Positions 26,806-42,799 of a DNA stretch of 64,000 nt are shown here, one piece after another. The notes under the pieces were generated by a model. That model worked only from the letters and a program-made list of their open reading frames with translations, had not been told where the DNA came from and made no database searches. Both the position numbers and the translations under genes were made by a program. Source of the DNA: the human T2T-CHM13v2.0 reference genome, Homo sapiens; assembly GCF_009914755.1 (NCBI RefSeq), contig NC_060938.1. One strand, 5' to 3'. Every line of letters begins with the position of its first letter. The first letter of the stretch is position 1.

Positions 26806-29800
26806 TCTGAATCAAAGGATTATTTGCCTGTCATAAAACGATGGCAAAATAGCTGCAGTAAGCAGTTCATATGCCAATAATATCCGTAACGTAAATTTGT
26901 GTTCTTAATACGTGATATAATTAATTTTTGGCAAACATAATGGGATCATAACAGGCAATACATGGTAAATAATAACAAAGATAATGGTGAAAAGAATGAT
27001 AATTATTCTAACAAAACTCATAGATTACACTAGGCCTCAAAATCAAGCATTCTACAGATAGCTACAATGGGCACACGGAGGCCCTCAGTAAATATTAATA
27101 TGAAGACTGCGCAACATGGTAAGCTTTCTCATCAGCCCTCAGCATCCTCGCTGAGTAATTTTGTTGGTATGTTAAATTTACCAACCACACATGGAAACTG
27201 AAAGCTAGAATTTTTCCCCAGAATCATTTGGAATAACTGTAACATTTTTTTTCTTTCAGATTATCTTAGAGTTCAAAGGTAATCAAGAAAATACATATCG
27301 CCTCTTACTATTCAATGTGTGAATTCATTCTAAAATATTAGAGAGAACACATTTAAGACAATTTCAGGGTTATGTCAAATTGTGAATGTTACATAAACAA
27401 CAAATAATTTTCAGATATGTCTTTGGGCTTATCAAGAGAAAGTGGCATATGTAAAGTTTCTGAAGAAAGCATAGATTTCATTAATGGCACAATTTAGTTT
27501 AAGTGTTGTCATAAATTCCCTGTGAGGAGCACAGATAGGAAATGTAGGCTTTCTTCAGCTAAAGCAGACCTGGGAAGGATGTTAACACAATGGACAGACC
27601 AAGACAAGAAACCTGGAGGTCCAGTGTGCTCTGCTCACTGTTGGAATACTGCCCAAGTAGTTCCAAATATGAGTTAGTAATATTTTTATTGGAAGCTCAA
27701 AAACACTTCTTCCCTCAGTAGCTTTCTGACATTCGCATTAGTTCACCACATTCTGAAAATAGATATTTGGCTCCCAGCATCTTATCAAACCACAGAGTAG
27801 TATTAACTATAATTTACATTTCAAACAGTTTCCCTCAAACATGTCCACATCTGCATATGTCTCCAAAGCTTTTTTGCTTTTTTTTAGCTCATCAAACTTT
27901 GTGAACTATTTTATACAATGATCAATTATGAACTCATGCCACTAAAGAATCTCCCAGGTTCATGGATAATAACACCAGTGTATGAGCTAATTCTAGGCTA
28001 TGAATTATGGTATCATAGAAAACAAGCCCCTGGAAACTCTTCTTCAGGGTGTTGAATGAAACCATATTTCCAGTCATTCTCTCTCAATCACAACAATAAC
28101 AGTTAATATACATTAAAGATTGTGCTAAGTGCTTTGCAATGCCCTATGAGGTACCACTTCCAGCCTTATTTTACACACAGATGAAATAAACTTTTGAGCC
28201 ACAGACTTGCTCAAGATGAGAAACCTAGTAAGTGAGAAAGTGTGTCCTCTCACCCCAGCCTCTATGACACAGAACCTGGGCTCTTTACCACTCAGTTCCA
28301 TCTTGCCTCAGAACCAGAACTATTAAATCTGTTCAAGCAATCAGTGCTTTCAGAGAGGGACATGAGTAGATTATAAAGACTGCGTAAGTACACACTCACT
28401 TTCCAGCATTCCTAGTTTTTTGGATTGCTCAAGGAGAGAGAGTTGCCCGAAAAATACACACACAACTCCTCTCTTTGTCAGCAAAAAGCAGGCCCTCAGA
28501 GAACTCAGCCAAAGGGAAGCGGAAGAACATAAGATTACCCCTGCAGGACAGTGAGTGATGGGTTAGCCAACAAAGATAGAAAGAAGTACTGTGCTTGGCA
28601 AGTGATGTCTATAAAAGGCCAGTCTTTTCTCACAAATCTGAGTAGCAACAAGAGTGACAAGAAAGGGAAAAGGCAGGGGGAGAGGAGAGCGAGCGAGCCG
28701 TGGAGGCCTGTATCAGTGGTCATGACAGTGTGAGTGGCACTGGTGGCTGTTTTTGGAAGCAATGACAGATATAATCAGCTGAAAACAGCAGAAAAACAAA
28801 TCATTCGAGATAGAAGACAGAACAGCTTTGCTGCTATGGGGGACAGCCAGCCACCTGTCTCTGGTTTCTGCAGTCCTTTGAGGTCTGGGCAGGAAACTCC
28901 AGCCTGGGCAGGGTGGAATGAGGGCAGGCAGCTGCCTCTGCTCAGTGGCCCCCAAATGCATCCGCATTCCCTGCTGGGGCAGCCTAGCCAGTACAGATGG
29001 ACCATCAGAGGAGGGAAGAGGACATAGTCACGCGATGTGGCATCCCAGCGATGCGTGAAAGCCATTCCTGGGCAATGACATCTGCAGCCACAGCACAGTC
29101 CTTAACTGATTTTCACACAGTCCTGTTCTGCAGAGGCAACACTAAGCAGGAGGGCAACGGGGCTTCTCATGCCTTCTGCCATTCTTTGATAGGGATAAAT
29201 GATGCATTCTCAATCATCAAAAAATTCCTCCTCCAGATTGCTGCCTTTATGTCTCTCCCATATAGAAAGGCTGGAGTTGCCCTACCATCACCATGTGACT
29301 GTCGCAAACTGTTCACCATGTTCTGTTAAAAAGTGCCAGGAAGTGTTCGCAATGTTTCAAAAGAGATATTTCCATTAAGAAGAAAGTTAAAATGTTATGG
29401 CTAGGTACTTAAATAGTTGTTCCACTATTTAGCGGGGAAAACTGTTCAGTTTCATTTCCCAAAGACATTTGTGGTTTTATTTTATACAGTTCTATGTGAT
29501 TCGAATGATATTTTGAGGACTGCTATAACAATAAAAGTTTTGGGTTTCTGAAGGGTGCTCAGATTGAAGGGCTATAGTGACAGTTTTTTAGCAATGTTAG
29601 GCCAGGTGCTGGATACAGAAAACATCCCTTGGTCCTCAGGCCTAACCAGATGGAACAAGACCACAGTGCACATGTGCTAATCACCCACTTCTTCCCTGAC
29701 AGCTTTGCCGATTCCTGCAGGTAGGAATGTAAATGGTCATTAACACACACTTCCTACAATTTGGACTGCTCAGGTGCCAGCTCTTGAGGTACTCTGTGAC

Positions 29801-30409
29801 CGTTTTAACTGCAAGTAATTTTGCCCTGTCAAACTTCTATGACATTGGGCACCTCTCTCCTGGAAGCCCACTCTGTACCTATGTTGGAGTCAGCTGTGGG
29901 TATAGCTTATCTCTTCCATTGAACTGTAAACTCCATAAGGGCAGAAGTCCTTCTGAACCACCTTCATGTCCCTGCCTCCTCCTGCTCCCCTGCCAGCACT
30001 ATGAGCGTAAGACCAGACCTCATTTCTCCCTTCATCCTAATGCCATATCAACACTGCACACCACATACCCACCACCCACCAGTAGCCACTCTGAAGCCTG
30101 CTGGCCACATGTGTGGGCCTCAGCTGATTGTCTACTGCTGGACCCCTTCTGGTTTGCTCTTCCCATGCATTCATCCTTCCTCTCACATCTTGTTGCCCTG
30201 CACCAATGGGGTGATAGATGGAATATCAGATGTCTCCTGGAGGACCAGTCCTGCCAATAGGGTCCCATTCTAATAGCCAGTTGATTCCACCATGTCATGA
30301 CAAAATTCTTTACAGCTTCCAACTGTAAAGTTCACTTGAGAAGTTAAGACAAATCATGCTCATTTTCTAGAAAGTACAGATTCTATTTTTCAATTCAAAA
30401 ACACATTTT

Positions 30410-31075
30410 TTTGCCTGTGTATGGCCACCCTATCCAAAATTTCCACCCCTATCCCCAGTACTCACCATCCTCTTTTCCTACTTTTAGAATTTTTCTTAGC
30501 ACTTTTTACTAATATACTCCATATTTTACTTACTTATTGCTATGGTTTGAATATCTCTTCCAAAACCCATGTTGAAATGTAATTGCCATTATAAAAGTAT
30601 TAAGAGGTGGAGCCTTTAAGGAGTGATTAGGACATGAGGCCCCTGCCTTCATGAATGGACGAATGCTATTATCTTGGGAGTGGGTTAATTATCATGGGAG
30701 TGGGCTCCCAATAAAAGGTTGAAGTTTGGCTCTTATCCTCTCATTTCCCATGCTCGCCTGTCCTTCTGCCTTCTGCCATGGGATGATGCAGCATGAAGGC
30801 CCCACCAGAAGCCAACACCATGCTTTTGGACTTCCCAGTCTTCAGAACCATGAGCTAAATATAATTCTATTATTTATAATCACCCAGTCTGTGGGATTCC
30901 GCTATATCAACATAAAATGGAGGAAGACACTTATCTTGTTTATTATTTGTCCCTCTTGATAGAATATAAGTCCCATGAAGGCAAGAATTTTGATTTCTTT
31001 ATTATTCCTATGTCCATTGCAGTTCCTGGCTGAGAAAAGTCACCCAACAAACATTATTTGGGTAAATGAAGGAGC
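30410..31075 (-). mobile_element. L2 3' fragment split by an MST LTR
   Basis: TAGAATATAAGTCCCATGAAGGCAAG and ATTTGGGTAAATGAA resemble the L2 3' end; strand uncertain. Confidence 0.45.
30538..30929 (+). mobile_element. MST-type (ERVL-MaLR) solo LTR
   Basis: TGCTATGGTTTGAAT...AAGACA termini; 5-bp TSD CTTAT on both sides. Confidence 0.85.
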
Positions 31076-31190
31076 AGGTAGTGAATGAAGGGAGGTGTCT
31101 GTTCCTTTCTGGCCAGACCACTGGCTACCCAAGGCTGTGGGCATCCTCTCCTCCTGTCCATGGGAAGGAATTCTCCCAGCCTGTCCATCA

Positions 31191-31391
<201 letters not shown>

Positions 31392-33159
31392 TCAACTGCA
31401 AGCTGCTGGGTGCCTCAGGCTGCCAGAGAAAACAGAGCTCCCCCATCCTGCTGAAGGGAATGAAAAGGAACTCTGTCCACAATGCACATTTGGTAATTTT
31501 AAAAAAATAACTGGATAAACTTTATTCTACAGTGGTCATGTTTTGCTTTAAATTTAGATTAAAAGGGATAAATATTTATCACTTAAATTTATCAAAAGGA
31601 AATCATCTCCACAATTTGAATTCTATTAAGCAAAACAAAGCTTTAGTTCATAGAGTTGTTTATGAATGTTTTTGAGGGCCACATATGTTCAGCTATGTAT
31701 GGTGGAAGCTGGCATTCAAAAAGGCAATGAGGAGGGAGTGGGGCATTGCTGAGGCACGAGAAATCATTAAATTCAAAGGAATAAAGAAGAAAAAGGATGG
31801 CACTGGTCTTCAATATTAACAATAATCCAATGAGAACAGAAGTTTATAAGAATAATGGGTAAAAGTACTTGCCCCTTTCATTAAGGAAAGCAAATAGTAG
31901 GCAGAAAAAAACAATCAATGTGTGTAACAGGGATCACCCTGCCATAAAAATCAGATATGACCCAACACCTTGCAGGGGAAAGGCAACTTCATACTAAGTG
32001 AATTATAGCTTCCCTGTGATGTTTAAATTAAATGCTGGATATAACCTTTTTATTTGATTTAAATCTGTACATGCCATAGACATTTATTTTAAGCAATTCT
32101 TTCAATGAGTTATATGCAGTTATTAAGGATAAGCTTTTCAATGAGTAATATATGCAATTTTGCATATATATGCATAATCTGAAAAAAAGTAATTTACAGT
32201 AAACGAAAGCTAAATACTCACATATACGTTAGTAATACTTAAAAAACACCACCCAGTTGAGTAAACTGTAAACTTTTGGGGCTGGCAAGAAAGGCACAAT
32301 TTAAATTTATTTAAGGCACAAATTTAAATTTATTACCAAAGTCATAAAGAACTGTGTCTTTTTATATAATAATCAACTGGTAGGCATTTAGTAATTGTTT
32401 TCAAATGCAAGGTCTTCGTATAAGGAATGCATTAGTAATTGCTTGAGCAATGCTAAATTTTGGCTTTCACGGCAATTGCTTTTGAACTCTCAGAGAAGGC
32501 CTTTGGAAAACATCATTTAAGAGCTCTCTATGCCACATGCAGGGTAATATTGGAGGGTGGGGTGAGGGGAAACCTTCTCCTTGTAAGCTCTGTCACTGAT
32601 TTAGAGCAGAAAGAAAGCTTTGCTCTGATGAAGAGGCCCGGGCAGAGGCAAGCCTGGGGCTGCACATTTTATGCCAGCAGAGTAAAGAAAGAACTGATTG
32701 ATAAACTCCATTGCTTTGGAAAACAGAAGGAAGTATACAAAACTGCTAGGCTGTTAGGGAATCAAAAGTTTAACATGGGCATGTGTGCCAAAAAAAAAGG
32801 CAAAGAAATCAGTGTGTAATTCTTTGAAAGGGTGGCTTACATTTAAAAATCCATTTCTACCTTGACATGGTTAAATATGAACTTAGGCAATTTACTGGAG
32901 GCCAGAACTAAGGTTATTTCTGTGAGGCAAACCTCAAAACATAAGAATGCTAAACAGTACAGAAGGTCATTATTTTACTGTCTTATACAGTTTATGGTTT
33001 TTCTCCTTCAGCTATAGTGGAGAATTTATGAGCTCTTAAATGCTGGTTGAATTGCTGGTCATTGTGTCTAGATAAAGCAATCTGAAATTATAGTTGCCAG
33101 GGGATCATGGTTGAAAAATATTTAAATGTCTAAGCAGAGGAGAAGCATTATTGTGGGTC

Positions 33160-33285
33160 AGGGAGGAAGAAAAGAAGAAAGAAAGGCAGAAAGGGAGGAA
33201 GAAAAAAGAGGAAGAAGGAACAAGGGAGGAATGAAAAAGAAAAAAAGGAAGGCAGGAAGGAAATGAAGGAAGAAAAGAAGAGAAA
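33160..33285. repeat. GA-rich low-complexity tract
   Basis: Seen directly. Confidence 0.85.
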
Positions 33286-33632
33286 ACTGTGGCCTGTTAC
33301 CATTAAATGATACAATTATTACAAGGTGTTTTGGAAACCTACAAGGTTTTACAAGCTCAACAATAAGGACCCTGAGTTTACAAAAAAATAGGCCTCTTTC
33401 TGAATATTCAGTAGTAGAGAATTAGGACCTCAGTGTGGAAGACAGGAACCAGTTGGAAAATCAGGCTGTGTTTCCGGCTTGTTGGCAAAAAGTAACTACC
33501 TCAAGAAGGGGTATGTTTGAAGTTGATCTCTATGTGTTTGTATGTAAAGAACAACAACAACCACAAAATAGGAATTTTCCCACGACACATAAAAATAAAA
33601 GAGGAGAAGGAAACTCTCCCGCCACACAGTTA

Positions 33633-33839
<207 letters not shown>

Positions 33840-35149
33840 TCAAAACTGAAGAGTCATCAACCTCCTCAGATTCCTCTTGTCTGAGGTTGGACCTTTTTGC
33901 TGGCATTTGTACAGGTAGATTCTGGTGTCGAAACTCCCTGTGCTCCTGAGTAGTTTCTCCTTGGAAGCAGTGAACACTTCTGGCCACAGCAGTCAAAGGC
34001 CCTCACCAGCTGATATCAACCTAGAATTTCTTCATCTCCTCCTTCATTGATTAATTAAACAATCATTTATTGAATACATATTTGCTAAGGACTAAAAAAG
34101 CAAAACAAAATAGTGAGTCAGATGATCTAATTCTTATCAACGTTACTTAGCACAAAGGGCTATTGGTCTGGGTAGGGCAGAAAGAATAGAGTAAAGAACA
34201 GGATGAAGGAAGGGGTAGGTACTGGTGTGATCCTCTGGGGCCACTTAAATATAATCACAAATTCAATGGGCAGGATGACATTCCACTCCTGCCTCATCCG
34301 TGTCCTCTTCCTTCTCCCAAGTACAGCCCTGCTGCCCTAGCACATTTGTGTCCTCTCCTCACTAGCCTCCGACACCAAGGCTTACTCTCTTTCTTTCTTC
34401 CCACACCACCCCATCCATACGAGGAGGCAGTTCTGCTGGGTTGGCAAGGTGTCCAGGTAGGTACTTGCTCTTCCAGCCTCCTCGTCCGCTGGGGAGGCCG
34501 TGGTACACAATCCTGACGGACGACACCTAAGTGGAAGTCTGCTGGGGACTGGAGGGGTCTGAGAAAGCTTTTGCTTTTCTGCTGATACGGAACCACTGTG
34601 ATTGATGCAGCCTCTCCACTGTGGTTCCTGACTTTAGGATGGATGTGATGTCTTCCGGCTCACATGAGGAGAAGGCCAATAGGGTATGGGTGGAGGGATG
34701 GGAGGGGAAGGAGCTCGGTTCTGATGGCATCTTTGAGCAGCTGAGTCAACACCTGAAACCTTCACCACTAGCTTTCTTGTTATGTGATAAAAATTAACTC
34801 CTATTCAAGTCACTGTTCTGGAGTTTTCTATTGCTAGCAGGAATTTATATCAAGTATCACTGTACTTGATACAAATTCCTTCCCCTCCTAGCAGTCTGGG
34901 TATACCCTTCCGTACCTCAGGTACAGAGACAGACTCCCTTTCCTGCACTGTCTTCTTTTCAAATTAAAGCCTATTCTCCTTGCCAACACAATGATTCATC
35001 TACCCTTTCCTTTCTGTAAAAGGGCAGAACCTTAAAATTATATCTCTTGGTGCTGTGAATGCTTTTCTCTTATATTTGTCTTTTAAATACAAAGTTGGGC
35101 ACTGACTCTCTAAAAATATGCACACCAAATGCTTGGTTGAGGCAATGTG

Positions 35150-35330
35150 GGATGGTAGAAAGAATATAGGTTTGAAAGGGTGCAGATTCTCGCTCTATCC
35201 CCTATAAGTGTGACCTTGAGAAAGTTACCTTTGTCTGAATTACTCCAATGGAAAAGATGGGAAGAACAGTAATACTTTGTAGTTGGGTTATTGTGAGGGT
35301 TGAATGCATTAATCAATGTGAAAGCTTCTG
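35150..35330 (+). mobile_element. Degenerate MIR SINE
   Basis: GTGTGACCTTGAGAAAGTTACC...GGGTTATTGTGAGGGTTGAATG. Confidence 0.6.
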
Positions 35331-35516
35331 CTAGTTAAGGGAACAATTCTGAATTCAGAAATGCTGCCAGTTACTGGCTGTTCAACCCTTTATACATTGT
35401 TTTACCTCATCCATAAAATCAGAGGAAGAATACTATTCTTGGGTTTTGTGGGCATTGCATAAGATACTATATCTAAAGCCCAGAACCCTATTACCCTACT
35501 GGTGCACAGTGCATGA

Positions 35517-35848
<332 letters not shown>

Positions 35849-38029
35849 AGCTGTTAACTCTTATTTGTTTTCTTCATTCTTGCTCACACAAACACCTGCT
35901 GACTGGAGGGATTCGCAGGACAGATTCCTGGAACAGGGTCTGTTGGAGAACATTTTCGATCACCTGTACTTTGCTCTATGTATTCAGGCTCCAAGAGGCA
36001 AGACCAACACAACTGAGTAAGATAAAGCTCAAAGTGAGCCTACAGTTGCAAAATTCTTTATGATTGGGTCTCAGCTACAATATTATTTGGAGTAAAAGTT
36101 TCTCCTCAATAACTATTAATATTTCCAGGAGCCCAAGGGATAAAGGAGGGAAAAACGGTCTCATTTGGAAGAGCAGGCAATAATATGAGAGGCATATTTT
36201 AAAGAAGAAATTTTTTTTCATTGTTACTTTAGAACTCATATCTTTTTTTTTTCCTGAATGAGTAAAAGTTTGCTGGACTACCATAGTTTTCTTCCTCTTT
36301 TTATTATAACCTATGTTTAGTAACCACACTTAGATGTTTCAGTACAGAAGTAAAATTGATTTGGTTACACAGAAGTGAAGCTGCCTGGTGTCTTGTATTC
36401 CAACCTTGCAATTAATTGTGTCTGTATAAGACAGACTTGATACCCATAGATTTTTTGACCAGTTGCTGCTGTATACTTAGAAATACAATCATTCCTAGTA
36501 GTAGACAAAGAGTTTTGGCCCCATCTAGTCCCAGGATTTTATATGACAAAGCAGTAAGTGAACTGCAAAAATCAATTTATTTCCAATTTCCTCTTTGTGT
36601 TTATGGTCCGTCCCAAGAATGCCTTCTACCTGGCTGATGATTGTTCTGGTATTTGATAAAAAATTGCATTATAAGATAAAGATCTAGAAATCATTCTCTT
36701 AAGCTTTGTCCACTTGTAGAAATTGAGGAGACAATGAAAAATCCTGGAAAACTATCACTAGAAAGTGCTCTTATTGTAAGGATTTATATGCACATTGTTT
36801 TTATAGGTTGGTATTTTAATCACATTTATAAGCTCCATCTGATGTAGAAGAACATTGTTATTGACTGATTTTGTTTCCCAGATGCATTTAAATTCCTACT
36901 CTGTGCTAACAAAGATGTTCTGCATTCAGGACCACAGAGCAGTGCTGGAAATTTATGACCAGAACAATGAAGATGCAAATATGTAGTATGTGTTTTCATC
37001 ACGGCATCTTTGGTGGTACAAGCAGTCATTTAAGGGAGAAAGGTACGTTCTAAAGCTGTTTATAATGCCTAAGCAGTGACATTCAGATTTCTTGGATATT
37101 TGTTTTCTAGGTTACTGAAAAGGTGTCACGATCTGAAGGTGAATGAGAGGAGAAAAATGATGCAGCTGAAGCCCTGATCTCCAGTCAAGTTGTTCTTGGC
37201 TGGGAGCATGCTGAGAATCACCGAGGTCTCCCAGAAAGATGACAAGTTGTTCAAGCCTGAAGGAGAGAAACAAAGAACTCTGCCTCCTCCTTCCCTCCTT
37301 GCGTGGCTTTCGTCCTCAGCTTCCACCCTGACCCTGGCTCCCCTTGCCTCCCCAGGAGGGAGAGATCAGGCACTTACCCTGGGAGTGACTGTGGAGGACG
37401 TTTCAGGACCTACTTCTCACGCTCAGCAAATGGGTAATGCAATTCAATCCATCCCGCCCAATGCCTGACTTGCCCAAGCTGCTGAGCGTGCCCAGGCAGA
37501 AGACAGTATCTTCTTTCCATTTCCCACTGTAAACATTCTTCACGTGGCCTTTTCCCCTCAATTCACCACAAATATTGGATAGCGATAAACTGGGACAAAT
37601 GAAAAGAAGCTTTCTGGCTGTCTCGGATCTGAAGTTACAGGCACAGGATGGGTCAAAAGGGTCACTCGAAGAGTTGGTACAAAACAGAGGAGGCGGCAAA
37701 CAAGCACCGGCAGCTTGATGGCTCAGAAAATGACCCAGCTGCCTCCCCGGGCGTGGGGCACCTTCTGGTGCTGTATCACAGTGCATGCCATTCAGGCACC
37801 GCAACACCACTGGGCCCAGGAGCCAAAGCCCACTCCCGCTCCTTCCCAGGTACAAAGATAAACACAACACTCAGGAAAAAAGTGATCATTGATGCAATGG
37901 GACTTTGAGGGAAGGCCGCCAAGGAGAATAACAGTTTTTCTGATGAAATATTGATCTCTGGGTCACATTGCTCAGCAATTACCCATTGCCGGTTACTCAG
38001 TACATTGCTGACATAGTACAATCAAAAAG

Positions 38030-38080
38030 TGTAAGCAAGAAATTCTAATAATTGTAAGCAAGAAATTCTAATAATTGTAA
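38030..38080. repeat. 23-bp tandem duplication (TGTAAGCAAGAAATTCTAATAAT x2.2)
   Basis: Exact direct repeat. Confidence 0.95.
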
Positions 38081-38962
38081 TACATTGGTCATTTCTTATG
38101 AGCCAGGAACTCTGATGGGTGCTTTCAATGCAATCCCAATCACCTCCCTGCCATTTTGCAGAGGTGCCGAGAGGATACCCCGAGTGAAGGTTTCACCACT
38201 CACATACGGAACAGCTGGAACACAAACCCTCATCTGATGGCAAACTCATGCTCTTTGCTCCAGCCTCCCAAAAAAAGAGAATTCTCTCACCCTCACAGGC
38301 CAAAACAATTGTTTAATTGTTTAATCCACGGTGAGAGCATGTACAACCAGAGAAGGTGAGAGGATGACTATGATTGATTATGAGGTGGTCTGATTATGCT
38401 TAGCAGCCAGATAGTATGTAAATTACAGCATGACTAGTTAACCTATGAAACATTCAACTTTTTTCCTGCATGAAGTTTTCTGGTGAATTTGAAAAAGTCC
38501 CCTAAGAGAGGAGTCTCATGGAGGAGGGAAGAAGCTTTGGATTCAGGTCCACTGACAACTTTGTCAACTACTGGCCTAAGATCTTGGGCAGAGATTGGGT
38601 GAAGTGGGAATTAAGTAAAGGAAGGAGACCTCACAGAGTGACTGGTACTTGGGGAACCATCAAGCTGAGCTGTCCAAGGGTCCTGATTCCCCCTCTAGGA
38701 AACATTTCTATTCCTCCTGCTTGCACCTTTAGTGCCTGCAAGAATGGATCCCTTCTCCGGTTTCTCTGGTGCTGGAAGATCCTGGATATACCCCAACCCC
38801 AGTTCACTATAGTCAGATGGACAGGAATCCTCCAAGACCAGCTGGTCTGCAGATGCCAATTTATCTCTAAGCCCAGCAAAGGGCTGGCGCAGTGAACAGG
38901 CTATGATTTGCAAAAGAGTAGCTGGGCCTGGGAATGGAAGCACACAGTATAGGGACAAAGGA

Positions 38963-39125
38963 TGTGTGTGTGTGTATGAGTGTGCATATGGTGTGTGTGT
39001 GTATGAGTGTGCATATGCCTGTGAGTGTGTGAAAGTCTATGTGTATGTGGGTAAGAATGTGAGTTTAAGAGTGTGTAAGTATGTAAGAATGTGTATGTGT
39101 ATGTATGTGATTGTATGTGAGATAT
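38963..39125. repeat. Degenerate (TG)n tract
   Basis: Seen directly. Confidence 0.85.
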
Positions 39126-39246
39126 GTCATCAGTGGAGTATGGGGAGGCTCTTGGCTTTGGGGGAGGCTCTTGGCTTTGAGCAAGGCTGGTATCAGAGGA
39201 ATCTTATGGGTAGGGATTTGCTCCATTAAACTGCTGCTTATTGTTA

Positions 39247-40149
<903 letters not shown>

Positions 40150-40721
40150 GTTGCTAGCCCTGCCACTGACCCAGGGAGAGCAGGGCAATCTCTGGGCAAT
40201 GAGCTGACCCTTCAGCAGGCCAAGGTTACCTTGAAGGATAAGTGAGGGAGCACATCACCAAGGATACAAATTCCTCCACCTAAGCCAGCACATCTCTCAT
40301 ATACTAAACAAATCTCACCATTTGTATTGTGAACCTGACTCTATGAGCTGTGTGGAGGGCAGAAAGGAGGAGGGCTCTGTGCTTTTATTCCAACACACTG
40401 TTACATAGAATCCCCTTTCCCATTCTTTGTTGTTAGACTTGCATGCCCAACCACACAAATATTCACACCAAAAGCTAATGCATAGTGACATTTACCTCTT
40501 TTTAAATAATAATTTAAGTCTAAACATGCTGTTTCATTCTTTGAACCACAAAAAAATGTATCAGACATGCCATTATTCCATCAGATAGTAGGAATTGGGC
40601 CAGACAGAGCAATGGGGACCAACATGGCATTGGAGTTAACAGGATAGACTTCAAAGTCAGATGAACTTGAGTTTCAGTGGTGGCATTTCACTAGTTGTGT
40701 GATCATGGACCTATTACCTAA

Positions 40722-41107
40722 CTGTAGTGAATACTGTGGTGCTCTACCCAGAATATTCTCTCAAAGACTATGCATCCTTCTCCCAGCTGCAGGGAATATC
40801 AGCTGTTGATAGATTACCCTAGGAATTGCTCTTGGCCACAGGGAACTAACTGCCTTACTGAAAGCTATGTCCCCTTCTGGGGATGTCCCATGGCAAGTGA
40901 ATGGCTGGGGCCCCCTTGCTTCAATTTTGGACAACCCTGAAGAACCATCCCAGATCTAGAACTTGTAGTAGGATTGGTTGAGGCCATTGCAGGTTAGCTT
41001 CAGCCTCAGTTCAATCCTGGCTTCCTCACTTCCAGGTGGATCTACCAAGAGCACACAACAACTAACTATCTCTCAGAGTCTGTGTCCAGGGAACCCAGTC
41101 TAAAATA
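40722..41107 (+). mobile_element. ERVL LTR (LTR16-like) inserted into a MIR spanning about 40640-41240
   Basis: TGTAGTGAATACTGTGGTG start and CTCAGAGTCTGTGTCCAGGGAACCC end; MIR halves on both sides. Confidence 0.6.
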
Positions 41108-41244
41108 CTAAGCTTCAGTTTCCTCATCTGCAACATGGGGATAATAAGAACCTACATCCTAGGACTACCATGAGGATTACATGAAATCATGTATATAAAG
41201 TTATATGCAATGCCTAGCATATTGTTAAAATTCAATAAGTAGTA

Positions 41245-41797
<553 letters not shown>

Positions 41798-42446
41798 AAT
41801 GATGTTTTTATAGTAAGAATAAAGTTAAAATATACATACATAAATCACGAAAACACTTTTGTCATACCATGTCTTGACTGAGGGTTTGGTCAATTACAAT
41901 TATTCAAACAGTGGGGTAGACTGTAGTATCGTTCAGAACAATTTGCTCTGGTCCCATTTTGTCACATGACTTGCAGTGCCTCCTGCAGATGGAGCATGTG
42001 TCCCTACTCCCTTGTCATCCTTGGCCATACGGCTTGCTTTTCAGCCTAAAAAGGCACTGTGATTTTCTGCTAGCTCTTTTGCTCTTCCTCTTTGTCACAA
42101 GAATCAGTGGTGTGCTGATAAACCAGCTCTCAAAAAACAGAAACCAAAACAAATTTTTATCTGTAGAAATCATCTATTTATTTTAGAATATTATAGATCA
42201 AGCAGATAAATAATAAGCAAGAATACAGGTTGTCTGAATAATCCAATTAACAAGTTCAGTTGTATTTATATGAATGTATTCCAAAGGTTTATATTATGCA
42301 TATTCTCTTTATATTATATATAGAAGAGAATATACCCATTGAATGTTTACCAAAAGCTATCATATACATGTATCTGTCCACAAAATAAGTATAAATGCTA
42401 AAGAATAGAGATTCTGTGAACTAGATGCTCTGACCATAATCTATTA

Positions 42447-42515
42447 AAACTGGTAATCCATGACTTTTCAAACTGGTAATCCATGACTTTTCAAACTGGT
42501 AATCCATGACTTTTC
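42447..42515. repeat. Perfect 23-bp x3 tandem repeat (AAACTGGTAATCCATGACTTTTC)
   Basis: Three identical adjacent copies. Confidence 0.97.
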
Positions 42516-42799
42516 ACTTCCTCTTCAACAGGCCACCTGAATTTTCCGAATTGTTTTCCAGTTTTTGGCTTCTAAGGCTTTCTTGGTGGTAAAGCCCACC
42601 TTGATTACAAACAGTCATCAACAGTGAGAAAAAACCACATTTGTTTAACACACACTTAGATAGCACTCTATGTGCCAGGACCACTTCTAAGTGCTTCACA
42701 AATAAACCCAATGAGAATTTAGGCCTTAACTAGGAAAAGAGCAATAAGAAGTTTTTGAAAAAGGGTCCCTTCTCCTCCACATACTGATAATTTTAAGAG

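Noticed and set aside
29733-30260. 175-aa + strand ORF
   Set aside because: No recognisable domain or exon structure, antisense within an intron, partly resembles degenerate L2 sequence
42447-42515. CRISPR-like 23-bp repeats
   Set aside because: No spacers, human DNA; a simple tandem repeat
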